Shown in pieces: positions 17,568 through 26,769 of a DNA stretch of 64,000 nt (its first letter is position 1; each line of letters starts with the position of its first letter). The notes below the pieces were generated by a model. That model ran no database searches, was not told where the DNA came from, and saw only the letters and a program-made list of their open reading frames with translations. Where the stretch lies: positions 7,526-71,525 of the forward strand of contig CAZFMX010000004.1 in assembly GCA_964520425.1 (NCBI GenBank), in the 5' to 3' direction. The position numbers and the translations under genes were made by a program. This DNA is from an uncultured Desulfobacteraceae bacterium (GTDB lineage Bacteria > Desulfobacterota > DSM-4660 > Desulfatiglandales > HGW-15).

Positions 17568-17690
17568 CTTATTGAAATATAATGAAAAAACTTAGCGTAT
17601 AAGTCTGGGCCTGTTCTGCTCCGCTTTTGTGCTGCGATTCTCCTGAATCAAAAAGCTCTAAGGTCCCTTTTGAGACTCACTTGTGTAGAG

Positions 17691-17710
17691 ATTTTCACAT
17701 AAGTGAAAAT
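17691..17710. promoter_or_regulatory. Palindrome ATTTTCAC-ATAA-GTGAAAAT, candidate enhancer (UAS) site
   Basis: This perfect 8-bp inverted repeat is centred about 120 bp upstream of the sigma-54-like promoter at 17816. Confidence 0.35.
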
Positions 17711-17815
17711 GCATTTCTAGATAGTGACAATTTTTTTCCTCGAATCATCTTCCTCCCATGGTCATATTCTTTTCAATGTGTTGAAATATAAAGAAAATCA
17801 AGTAGTGGGGTTGTT

Positions 17816-17831
17816 TGGTATTCTTTTTGCA
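17816..17831 (+). promoter_or_regulatory. Sigma-54 (-24/-12) type promoter candidate
   Basis: TGGTAT-N5-TTGCA has the canonical GG-N10-GC spacing. It lies about 80 nt upstream of the FHA gene ATG. Confidence 0.5.
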
Positions 17832-17909
17832 CAATTTCTGTGCTATAATTCTATATACTCAATTTGAGTCTAACGGATTTAAGATGTTTTGACGGAGGAC
17901 AAGACCAAA

Positions 17910-18308
17910 ATGGATGTCAGCGTTATAATGAAGAAAGATCGTAAGGCCCAACATTATAATATTGACAGTGATATCGTCACCATTGGACGGTCTTCTGAGA
18001 ATGATATTCAGGTTTCTGATAAGTTTATTTCCCGTGAGCACCTGAGAATAAGGCAGAAGGGAGACAAGTTCTTCGTAAGAGATTTAGGGAGTGAAAACGG
18101 GACTTTTGTTAATGGGATTCAAATACCCTTGAACGTTAACATTGAAGTAGCTAAAGGGACGGCCATCATTACCGGTATGAGTGTGATTTTCCTTGGTGAA
18201 GGGGATTCCGGGAATGTTTTTGCCTTTCTTGAATCGATTGCTCCCGGCGAGGATAAAAGGGATGAGACGGGGACAATCATTCTAAGTGATACTATCCATC
18301 CTGAATGA
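17910..18308 (+). CDS. FHA-domain protein
   Basis: FHA signature [25 protein letters not shown]...[15 protein letters not shown] 17910 is preceded by GGAGG; the ORF track offers an alternative TTG start at 17889. Confidence 0.8.
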   Translation: MDVSVIMKKDRKAQHYNIDSDIVTIGRSSENDIQVSDKFISREHLRIRQKGDKFFVRDLGSENGTFVNGIQIPLNVNIEVAKGTAIITGMSVIFLGEGDSGNVFAFLESIAPGEDKRDETGTIILSDTIHPE

Positions 18309-18764
18309 TCCAATCCAGTGAGTTTTCCTCTACCAAAAATGCCTTTCTGATTATCTTCCTTTGACAGCTATTAGACGACCCACCCTATAGGACCTTTCTT
18401 TCAGAGATGTGTCGACAACATTTCTGAACGCCTTCCGACATTTGCTCGAGATACCGGCACATGGTTCATGAGATGCCTTTGGAGTGAAAATCATCCTTAT
18501 TAAAGAGGTCGTTAGGGGAAGTAAAGCTGAAGTCTCACATAAGGGTATGCTAGAGGCAGGATGTTAAGTACGGCCAAACCCGATCAACATATTGTGTCTT
18601 TGTCAGGATGATATTCTATATTTTGGTTAATTGGTGACTCTTTGTTAAATTGTGATAATAATATTGACAATTATGCATATATTGTAGTATTTTAGGTATA
18701 ACTTATTTGATTGAGACCCTTGCCCCCTCTATGAAACAGGGTTCAATAGCTCCACGACCATGAT

Positions 18765-19076
18765 TTGAGGAGTAAGATTCGAGGACCTATGAAAGACAAA
18801 GGCGAGTATCACAGTGTGGAATTCTCTGTAGAGGGCCTGCCCGTCGCATATCAGTTCAGGCTTTGGAACAACAACTCAAAGGAAATGTCTATTCTTGTTC
18901 GTGAAGACTCTGCTGTTTTGCCTCGTTTGAAAGTGGGAGACAGATTGAAGATGGAATATTACCCCACTGATCCGCGTCGCCCTAAAGTAGGAAAAGAAAC
19001 AGCCATTACAGAGATCGCTAGGGATAAACAGGGGAAGTATAACGGGCACACGGTCGTGGGTCTAGAGATTGTATGA
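18765..19076 (+). CDS. Hypothetical protein (possible PilZ-like beta-barrel, tentative)
   Basis: The ORF is about 95-103 aa. An RxxxR (RSKIR) is present only if the TTG 18765 start is used; ATG 18789 has a GAGGA Shine-Dalgarno sequence. NNSKEMSILV only loosely resembles the D/NxSxxG PilZ motif. Confidence 0.35.
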   Translation: MRSKIRGPMKDKGEYHSVEFSVEGLPVAYQFRLWNNNSKEMSILVREDSAVLPRLKVGDRLKMEYYPTDPRRPKVGKETAITEIARDKQGKYNGHTVVGLEIV

Positions 19077-19250
19077 ACTCACCAAGAAAAGATGTCTCTT
19101 GCACATCCAAGTCCTCCTCTCTTTTTAAAATCCTGCCCTGATTTGATTACCGCTATGTTGCGGAATCCTTAAAAACCGATTTATCCGATTAATGAGTAAG
19201 TGAACATGTGAAGTTACACCTTAGTTGAACAGCGAGTGAATGGTGATGAA

Positions 19251-19415
19251 ATCTTTTCGTATGTTCCGAGTCTCCCGGCCTGGTCATTTCAAACAGTTAT
19301 GGACGGGTGATGCCTCCCCCCTCCGCTGTTCCCCTCGACTTCGCTCGGGGCCAGGGGTCCCCCATTCCATATCTGTTTGAAATAAGGTGGCCTCCCGACA
19401 GTCACCCCGAAAAGA
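19251..19415. repeat. Family-A structured intergenic element, divergent copy A3
   Basis: It shares the blocks GTTCCGAGNCTCCCG, CCCCCTCCGCTGTTC, CCAGGGNTCCCCCA, CAGTCAC and GAAAAG with 21111-21300 and 59890-60070. Its stems differ in sequence but stay complementary. Confidence 0.7.
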
Positions 19416-19585
19416 CTTCCTCACCATTTTTTCGTGTTCGAGGATATCACATAATTCGTACTTATTAATCGGATGAGATCGTATCACATTCCTCCTCCTT
19501 GACTTTTGGCACTGGAGACATATGATACCGACAAAACCGCCGGACCGGTTTCTTCTCTGAGTAATCCAAGGGATAGGGTGAACGG

Positions 19586-19867
19586 GTGCAGACCAAACGT
19601 CAGGATATGATCGATATCTTATGCGAAGGGGAAATGAGTGCCAAGGACCTTTCCCAAACCTTGGGAATTAGCGAAAAGGAAGTTTATGAACACCTTCCCC
19701 ACATTGCGCGTTCCTTGATTCCCCAGGGGAAAAGACTTGTTATTCTCCCTTTCCGTTGCTTGGAGTGTGGGCATGTGTTTGAGGAGCGAAAGCGTTTTAC
19801 CCGCCCGGGTCGTTGCCCTTACTGCAAGAAGTCACATATTGAGTGGCCGACGTATCGCATTGTTTAA
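19586..19867 (+). CDS. Small HTH + C-terminal zinc-ribbon transcriptional regulator family protein
   Basis: It has a winged-helix-like N-terminus (MSAKDLSQTLGISEKEVYEHL) and the Cys pairs CLECGH...CPYCKK. Confidence 0.6.
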   Translation: MQTKRQDMIDILCEGEMSAKDLSQTLGISEKEVYEHLPHIARSLIPQGKRLVILPFRCLECGHVFEERKRFTRPGRCPYCKKSHIEWPTYRIV

Positions 19868-19900
19868 TGGAGAGAAGCCATTCCGGCTTGAGATGGAGGT

Positions 19901-21073
19901 TTGAGGCACAAGGTGAATACCAATGAAGTAACTCGATTGAGTTACGAGAAGAAGGAAATCATACTTATCGGCACAGCCCATGTATCCAGGCAGAGTGCCG
20001 ATTTGGTGAAACAGACCATAGAAGAGGTTAAACCCGATACAGTCTGCGTGGAGCTATGTCAATCTAGGTATGAAACGATTACGAAAAAGAAGAAATGGCA
20101 AGAAACAGACCTTCTAAGGATCATAAGAGAAAAGAAGGCCTTCTTGCTCCTGTCAAACCTAATGCTCAGCTATTTTCAAAAGAGAATCGGGAAGAAGCTG
20201 GGTATAACCCCGGGAGAGGAGATCATTCAGGCCATCGAGTCTGCCAAGACCGTTGGGGCCGGACTACACTTGGCGGACAGGGATATACGCACCACCCTAT
20301 CCAGGACATGGCACATGATGAGGTTGTGGACAAAGATCAAACTGTTGGCCGGCCTTGTGACCTCAGCAGGAGAAATCGGTTCAATCGAGGAGGAAGATGT
20401 CGAAGAATTGAAGAACAAGGATATGCTGGAATTTTTTCTATCGGAGATTGGAGAATCATTACCGGAAATAAAGCGGACCCTGATTGATGAGCGGGACGAG
20501 TATTTGGCATATAAGATCAGGAACGCGCCAGGTGAAAAGGTTGTGGCCGTAGTCGGGGCAGGACATGTACCAGGTATTCAAAACCATTGGGAGAAGCCGA
20601 TAGATATAGATCAACTGGAGAAGATCCCTCCAAAAGGTAAGATCTCTCTTTTCTTCAAGTGGGGGATACCGATTCTGATCATAGGAATCATTGTCTCGGG
20701 TTTTTTCATGGCAGGGTCGACGGCCGGCACCAATATGATCAAATGGTGGGTCCTGGTCAATGCCGTCCTGGCAGGCCTTGGAGCGGGGTTAGCATTGGCT
20801 CATCCCTTGACCGTGCTCTCTGCCATGGTCGCCTCTCCCATCACATCCCTTAATCCCATGATCGCGGCAGGTTGGGTCGCGGGTCTGATCGAAGTCTTTT
20901 TAGGTAAACCGAAAGTGATGGATTTCGAAAGACTTCCCGAGGATATCTCTTCCCTGAAGGGGTTTTGGAGGAACAAGGTCACGCGTATTTTGCTTGTGGT
21001 GGTGTTCACGAATCTGGGGAGTAGCCTGGGAGCCTTTGTGGCCATTCCCCTTATGGTGAGAATATTCGGGTGA
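19901..21073 (+). CDS. TraB/GumN family protein
   Basis: It has IILIGTAHVSRQSADLV..PDTVCVELC and VVGAGHVPG, plus a C-terminal membrane region. Confidence 0.8.
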   Translation: MRHKVNTNEVTRLSYEKKEIILIGTAHVSRQSADLVKQTIEEVKPDTVCVELCQSRYETITKKKKWQETDLLRIIREKKAFLLLSNLMLSYFQKRIGKKLGITPGEEIIQAIESAKTVGAGLHLADRDIRTTLSRTWHMMRLWTKIKLLAGLVTSAGEIGSIEEEDVEELKNKDMLEFFLSEIGESLPEIKRTLIDERDEYLAYKIRNAPGEKVVAVVGAGHVPGIQNHWEKPIDIDQLEKIPPKGKISLFFKWGIPILIIGIIVSGFFMAGSTAGTNMIKWWVLVNAVLAGLGAGLALAHPLTVLSAMVASPITSLNPMIAAGWVAGLIEVFLGKPKVMDFERLPEDISSLKGFWRNKVTRILLVVVFTNLGSSLGAFVAIPLMVRIFG

Positions 21074-21110
21074 TCCAGATGCATTTGGAATGGAGTATTG
21101 CTCGAGGGAC

Positions 21111-21300
21111 ACAGGCTATTCTTTCGTTCCGAGGCTCCCGTGCTGGTCTTTTCTGAGACTTATCTGCGAGGGAAACTTGCCCCCTCCGCTGTTCTTCCCG
21201 CCTCTTCGAGGCGGAAAGCCAGGGCTTCCCCCACAGATAAGTCTCGAAAAGACGGCGCTCTCCCACCAGTCACTTCAGAAAAGCCTCTGTCACTCAAGCC
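21111..21300. repeat. Family-A structured intergenic element, copy A1 (about 190 nt, long imperfect hairpin)
   Basis: It is about 85-90% identical by eye to 59890-60070. It has nested inverted repeats: an outer ACAGGCTATTCT/AGAAAAGCCTCTGT stem, an inner GTCTTTTCTGAGACTTATCTG/CAGATAAGTCTCGAAAAGAC stem, and an apical CTTCCCGCCTC-TTC-GAGGCGGAAAG hairpin. Confidence 0.8.
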
Positions 21301-21380
21301 ACTCTTTCGGGGTTTTCTGAGCTCTCATGCTCTGGGTGAGGAACCTCATTGATCAATGATAATTGGTTGTTGGCTTTGGG

Positions 21381-22595
21381 TTACTGATATCTTTTCTGTT
21401 GAAAGAGCTTTTTGTTTGGTGTGGCGGATATATAGTAAAACTTGTCCAAGGGCACGTATATATAGGGGACATCTTCTTTTCGGCGGTAGAGAAAATGCGA
21501 GAGAATCATGCGGTTTGCAGCCCGGTGTGCGATGATCATGATGTTTCCGGAGGGCCCGCTTAGATAGAGCGCCTTTTTAATACCTCGCTCAATCCTTTCT
21601 TCCATTGAGATGTAACCTTCCCCTTCGGGGTAGACGTAATTGTATTTATCCTTTTTCCTGGAAAGATAGACCTGAGGCATTTCTTCCCTGATCTCCTTAT
21701 AGCTCATCCCTTCACATTCCCCGCTGTAAATTTCATTGAACTCGGCAAAGGGAACGATTGTGCAGTTTTTTTGCCGTTCCTTGATGGGCTCCGCGGTTTG
21801 AATCGTTCTCTTCCGCTGACTGGTGAAGATAAGCGGAATGTCTTTGTTGGCGAAATATTTCGCTAAAGCCCTGGCCTGGGCCTTGCCATTATCTGTGAGA
21901 TCAGAATCCCCACCGATACGGTTTTCCAGATTGAAATAGGTTTCACCGTGGCGGATGATATAGAGGTTCTTTACCGTATCCGTCACCAAAAAATCTCTTA
22001 TTTGATCATATAAGAGGATTTCGTCGGAGATCTCTTCTTCAAGAATTTTGGTGTGAAGAGAATCCAACATGACCCTGTTCTTCTCTTTTTTCAGAGGGCA
22101 ATAGATGGATTCATAATACAAGATCCGTTGATTAAAACTGGCCATGGACTCTTCCCGGCTCAGATGGGTGAATTCGGGTAGAGTTATCTTTCTGAGTAGG
22201 CTGGTATTCACAATCTCTTGGTCATCAGTGATACATTCAATGAAGAGTATGGGATGGTTATTGAGTAGGGTTTCAATGCGTTCTCTGCGTTCGAGACTGG
22301 CATTAGTCGCGTCTATGATAGCCACGGTCCCGTTTTTCTTGAGGTATCTTTTCGCCCTGTTCAAATTGATCAGGGCGATCTTTTCTCTGATGGCGACGCC
22401 TTCCTTGTTCTTGGGATCATAGAATTCTGCGTAAGACGTATTATTCGGAATCATCCTGCGTCTCAGATCGCCATTGTTGAAAATCCTTGCTTTGATTGAA
22501 TCACGCCTGAGGTTGTCTCTGAGTTTGAGGGCTGTGACCGACTTGCCTCGGACAGGAAGACCAACCATGACGATATAGAGTTTATTGTCTATCAT
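21381..22595 (-). CDS. Bifunctional 6-phosphofructo-2-kinase / fructose-2,6-bisphosphatase-like protein
   Basis: The N-terminal P-loop kinase has GLPVRGKS. The C-terminal histidine-phosphatase domain has IIRHGETYFN...GGDSDLT and IIAHRA. Confidence 0.75.
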   Translation of the reverse strand: MIDNKLYIVMVGLPVRGKSVTALKLRDNLRRDSIKARIFNNGDLRRRMIPNNTSYAEFYDPKNKEGVAIREKIALINLNRAKRYLKKNGTVAIIDATNASLERRERIETLLNNHPILFIECITDDQEIVNTSLLRKITLPEFTHLSREESMASFNQRILYYESIYCPLKKEKNRVMLDSLHTKILEEEISDEILLYDQIRDFLVTDTVKNLYIIRHGETYFNLENRIGGDSDLTDNGKAQARALAKYFANKDIPLIFTSQRKRTIQTAEPIKERQKNCTIVPFAEFNEIYSGECEGMSYKEIREEMPQVYLSRKKDKYNYVYPEGEGYISMEERIERGIKKALYLSGPSGNIMIIAHRAANRMILSHFLYRRKEDVPYIYVPLDKFYYISATPNKKLFQQKRYQ

Positions 22596-22796
22596 GTGGG
22601 TGTGTCCTTGAAAAGGATGAATAAAGTAATATAATCGTTTGAAATGAGACGTTTTATTTTGATCGTGCGTGAACCGGAGGATTCAATCAGAACTAAAGGT
22701 GTTACAATCCTTCTACACTATGATAAAATAGAAGTAAACAACCAGCCGGTGCGTCTCTCTCACAAACACTTTCCGCGCGGGCCATCCATTTGAGAT

Positions 22797-24044
22797 ATGA
22801 TACAAATCAATAAACTCTTAGTCGTCTATCTTGTCGTCTATCTTCTCAGTACTTTATCAGGTCTTATCGTGAAGTGGATCAATGCCGGTAATCTCAGACG
22901 ATATCGGGGTGAAGTCCCGGGCCCTTTTCGCGGCCTCATCGAGAAGAACGAGCTTGAGAGAATGGACCGCTACACGATTGATAAGACGAATTTGTCCTAT
23001 GTAGAAACGGTCATCAGCAGGGCGATCTTCCTCTTAGTCATTCTGTCCGGTCTATTGCCCTGGCTGGCTGGTGTTTTGGAGGATGTCTATTTGGTATGCG
23101 CAGGCCTCATCTTCTTCGCTGTTCCAGGTTTAATAGGGGCTGTTGCCGATCTCCCGTTTGAATACTATCACCTTTTCAGGATTGAGACAAAATACGGTTT
23201 CAACACCCTCACACGTAAGACCTGGCTCATGGATCTCTTCAAGTCACTGCTGATCACTGTGATCATCGGGGTTTTTCTGCTCTCCCTTCTTCTTCTGATG
23301 ATCAGGTATACCGGAGGTAGCTGGTGGATCTGGGCCTGGCTTATCTTCTTTGGCTTTCAAATCCTGATGACCATGATTTATCCTACCATTATTGCTCCTC
23401 TTTTCAATAAGTTTACTCTCCTGGAAAACAATGAGCTTACGGAAAGAATAAGGTGCCTTGCCGAAAAAGAAGGATTTGCAATAAAAGGCGTATTCCAGAT
23501 GGATGCAGGGAAGAGGAGCCGCCATACTAACGCGTATCTATCAGGCTTTGGAAAGACCAAAAGGATTGTGCTTTTCGACACTCTGTTGGAGACTCACGAT
23601 GATGATGAGATCTTGGCCGTACTTGCCCATGAAATAGGACATTTTAAGAGGAATCATATCAAGAAACAGCTTTTAATTATGGGTCTTTTCTCCCTAGTCC
23701 TTTTCTATCTAATTTCATGGATGATCTCATGGACTCCCATGTATCATGCATTTGGATTTTCCGGAATGCCGGTCTATGCCGGAGTCTTTCTTGTTGCCGT
23801 TCTCTGGGAGCCGCTGGGATTCTTTCTCTCCCCTGTGTCCATGGCTGTTTCCAGACGGTTTGAGCGAGAGGCGGACCGTTTTGCTTTTAATGTTATGGAG
23901 ACGGCGCAACCCCTTGTGAAAGCATTAAAAAAGATGGCCAAAGACAATCTTTCCAATCTTCGACCCCATCCCCTTTACGTTTGTTTTAACCATTCTCATC
24001 CACCTCTATTAGAGAGAATTAGGGACCTTGAACAGATGAGCTAG
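22797..24044 (+). CDS. M48 family (Ste24/HtpX-like) zinc metalloprotease, membrane
   Basis: It has multiple TM helices, the zinc motif LAHEIGHFKRNH, and a downstream EREADRFA. Confidence 0.85.
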   Translation: MIQINKLLVVYLVVYLLSTLSGLIVKWINAGNLRRYRGEVPGPFRGLIEKNELERMDRYTIDKTNLSYVETVISRAIFLLVILSGLLPWLAGVLEDVYLVCAGLIFFAVPGLIGAVADLPFEYYHLFRIETKYGFNTLTRKTWLMDLFKSLLITVIIGVFLLSLLLLMIRYTGGSWWIWAWLIFFGFQILMTMIYPTIIAPLFNKFTLLENNELTERIRCLAEKEGFAIKGVFQMDAGKRSRHTNAYLSGFGKTKRIVLFDTLLETHDDDEILAVLAHEIGHFKRNHIKKQLLIMGLFSLVLFYLISWMISWTPMYHAFGFSGMPVYAGVFLVAVLWEPLGFFLSPVSMAVSRRFEREADRFAFNVMETAQPLVKALKKMAKDNLSNLRPHPLYVCFNHSHPPLLERIRDLEQMS

Positions 24045-24353
24045 ACCGTGTCTCTCTCCCTTTTCGACGGTATGTTTGGTCATGACTTGTGTTATTTGAC
24101 AGATAGTCTATAATGGTTAAATTTATTTTATTGAATTTAGGCGGTTTGGGAGTCGTCTTCCGATGTTTCGGACATGGGGGAGAGATTCAAGGCTCATGGC
24201 ACAGGGCACACGGCGTAAGGAAAGGCGCTCTAGTTTGAGCCTTAATCCCTGAGTCTGCATGTGTCGGGTGGAGTCTCGCAAAGGAGCTTTCGCGGCGGAA
24301 GCTTGAGGGCTTTCGATAAACGCGAATAGATACTTATTTTCGGGAGGATCAAA

Positions 24354-25061
24354 ATGTCAGGATCATATTCCGTTTCCAGGCCATCGACGGAAGTCATGGT
24401 CAATGATTTTGTGCGAAGCGTCTACAACTGGATGTGCATCGGGCTCGCGCTGACGGGCTTCACGGCCTTTTATGTCTCTAACAGTGAGACCATGCGTTAC
24501 CTTGTTTTCGGCAACCGGCTCATTTTTTTCGGCCTTATTATCGCGGAACTGGTCATGGTATTCTCTCTGGTCAGCAGGGTGAACCGGATGAGCGCCGGCA
24601 CGGCCACATCCCTTTTCGTGGCCTACTCTATCATTAACGGCGTGACCCTCTCATTTGTTTTCCTTGCTTATACATCCGCATCCATTGTTAGTACCTTCTT
24701 TATCTGCGCGGCGACCTTTCTGGCATGCAGCATTTATGGCTGGACCACTAAAAAGGACCTGACATCCTTTGGCGGGTTCCTCTTGATGGGCCTGTTTGGG
24801 ATTATCATAGCATCCTTGGTCAATATATTTGTGCGAAGCACCGCGATGCAAATGATGATCAGCTATATCGGCGTCTTCGTATTTGTGGGACTGACCGCCT
24901 ATGATACACAGAAGCTGAAGAATATGGCACTGAATCAACCCGCCGGTCTGGACGGCGCTGTGATCAGAAAGGGTGCCATCATGGGCGCGCTTGCCTTGTA
25001 TCTCGACTTTATCAACCTGTTCCTATTCTTACTCAGGATACTTGGTCAGGGTCGGGATTAG
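24354..25061 (+). CDS. BAX inhibitor-1/YccA family membrane protein
   Basis: It has seven hydrophobic segments and a typical C-terminus: TAYDTQKLK...GALALYLDFINLFLFLLRI. Confidence 0.85.
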   Translation: MSGSYSVSRPSTEVMVNDFVRSVYNWMCIGLALTGFTAFYVSNSETMRYLVFGNRLIFFGLIIAELVMVFSLVSRVNRMSAGTATSLFVAYSIINGVTLSFVFLAYTSASIVSTFFICAATFLACSIYGWTTKKDLTSFGGFLLMGLFGIIIASLVNIFVRSTAMQMMISYIGVFVFVGLTAYDTQKLKNMALNQPAGLDGAVIRKGAIMGALALYLDFINLFLFLLRILGQGRD

Positions 25062-25185
25062 AGCCTGCCAGGGGAATTCTCCCGGATCAGATCTAAATAG
25101 AGACTAGAAGAGCACTCTCTATATGATCCTTACTGCTGTGCGAGGTGACCCCTAGCGAATAAAGAGCCGAAAGATTTGAATCCAT

Positions 25186-26118
25186 ATGGAACCGGCCTAT
25201 GTAAAGTTGTTTCGGGAAGGGGGTTTTTCAGAACGGATCGATAAGGCGATCGCTCTAATGGAGGCTTGCAGGCTTTGCCCCCGTGAATGCGGGGTAAACC
25301 GCTTGGAAGGGGAACGGGGTATCTGCAAGACCGGTAGAAAGGCGATCGTCTCCAGCTATAACGCCCATTTTGGAGAGGAATCTCCGCTTGTGGGAAGATA
25401 TGGTTCCGGTACTATGTTTATGGGGGGCTGTAATCTCCTTTGCAATTTCTGTCAGAACTATGAGATCAGCCATCTGATAGAGGGTGTGGAGGTGGAACCG
25501 GAACAGATGGCTGCCATGATGATTCATCTGGCGGAGAGGGGATGTCACAACATCAACTTTGTGACCCCCACCCATGTAGTCCCCCAACTGCTTGAGTCCC
25601 TGGCACAGGCCGCGGAACAGGGGTTGGATATTCCCCTTGTCTATAACTCCAGTGGTTATGACAAGAAGGAAACCCTTGAACTTCTGGACGGGATTGTGGA
25701 TATATACATGCCGGACTTCAAGTTTTGGGAGGACCGTTGGGCTGAGCGGTATTGCAAGGCCCCTGATTATCCGGAAAGGGCTAAAGAGGCCATTAAAGAG
25801 ATGCATCGGCAGGTGGGAAATCTGGTTATGGATGACCAGGGTGTGGCGGTCAGGGGACTTCTGGTGCGGCACCTGGTCATGCCCGGGGATGTCGCCGGAG
25901 CTGAAAAGGTGCTTGAATTCATTGCCCGTGAAATCTCCCCCAGTACCTATGTCAATGTGATGGATCAATACAGACCGTGTGGGAACGCACATAAGGATGA
26001 ATACATAAATCGACGTTTATCGTCTCGAGAATTCAGGGAGGCGATGGAGGCGGTCAGGAGGGCAGGGCTGACGCGACTCGATTCTAGGGATCGTGTTCGG
26101 CTCGTATTTGCGAAATGA
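25186..26118 (+). CDS. Radical SAM protein (PflX / activating-enzyme-like)
   Basis: It has the CNLLCNFCQN CX3CX2C motif, plus an N-terminal CRLCPRECGVNR cluster. Confidence 0.8.
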   Translation: MEPAYVKLFREGGFSERIDKAIALMEACRLCPRECGVNRLEGERGICKTGRKAIVSSYNAHFGEESPLVGRYGSGTMFMGGCNLLCNFCQNYEISHLIEGVEVEPEQMAAMMIHLAERGCHNINFVTPTHVVPQLLESLAQAAEQGLDIPLVYNSSGYDKKETLELLDGIVDIYMPDFKFWEDRWAERYCKAPDYPERAKEAIKEMHRQVGNLVMDDQGVAVRGLLVRHLVMPGDVAGAEKVLEFIAREISPSTYVNVMDQYRPCGNAHKDEYINRRLSSREFREAMEAVRRAGLTRLDSRDRVRLVFAK

Positions 26119-26765
26119 TGAATAGCGAAAGAATATTTATAGTGGGTGATGTTCACGGATGCCTGGATATGCTCAGAAGGTTGGTGGACAAAATCGATTG
26201 GCGGCCCGATGAAGACAATCTGATCTTTCTGGGAGATTACATTGACCGGGGGAAAGATTCCAAAGGTGTGATTGACTATATCCTTGAACTCAAGAGAGAA
26301 TCCTCGCACGTTCAATGTATTTTGGGGAACCATGAAAACATCCTGTTGGACTTTCTAAATACCGGGGAGCCCAGATTGTTGATCATAAACGGCGGAATTC
26401 CTACATTGGAAAGCTACCAGGCCGCCAGTGAGAATGAGGATGATCCCCTGATTCCTCCTGAGCACACGGCCTTCTTTAAAGACCTTGTTCCATATATAGA
26501 ACTTGAAGATTACTATGTCGTTCACGCAGGTTTCCGACCGGGCGTGCCAATTGAGGACCAATCTCTTGAAGACTTGATATGGATTAGGGAGCCTTTCATT
26601 TTCTCCAACCTTGACTTTGGAAAGACGGTGATATTCGGTCATACCCCCATCGCTGAGCCTTTGATGATGGACAACAAGATAGGCCTGGATACCGGGGCCG
26701 TATATGGGAACAGATTGACCTGCCTCGAGCTTCCTCGTATGAAATTCCACTCGGTGGAGGCCTAA
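26115..26765 (+). CDS. Metallophosphoesterase (PPP-family Ser/Thr phosphatase / ApaH-like)
   Basis: It has the GDVHG, GDYIDRG and GNHE motifs. Its start overlaps the upstream stop by 4 nt. Confidence 0.8.
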   Translation: MMNSERIFIVGDVHGCLDMLRRLVDKIDWRPDEDNLIFLGDYIDRGKDSKGVIDYILELKRESSHVQCILGNHENILLDFLNTGEPRLLIINGGIPTLESYQAASENEDDPLIPPEHTAFFKDLVPYIELEDYYVVHAGFRPGVPIEDQSLEDLIWIREPFIFSNLDFGKTVIFGHTPIAEPLMMDNKIGLDTGAVYGNRLTCLELPRMKFHSVEA

Positions 26766-26769
26766 GTAT

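Noticed and set aside
21090-21352. Small ORFs inside the family-A, -B and -C repeats (21090..21320, 21098..21352, 59935..60231, 19284..19487, 35766..35948, 54846..55034), two of which give similar peptides
   Set aside because: The peptide similarity simply reflects the DNA repeat. The regions are dominated by nested inverted repeats, lack ribosome-binding sites, and have stems that covary, which fits structure rather than coding.
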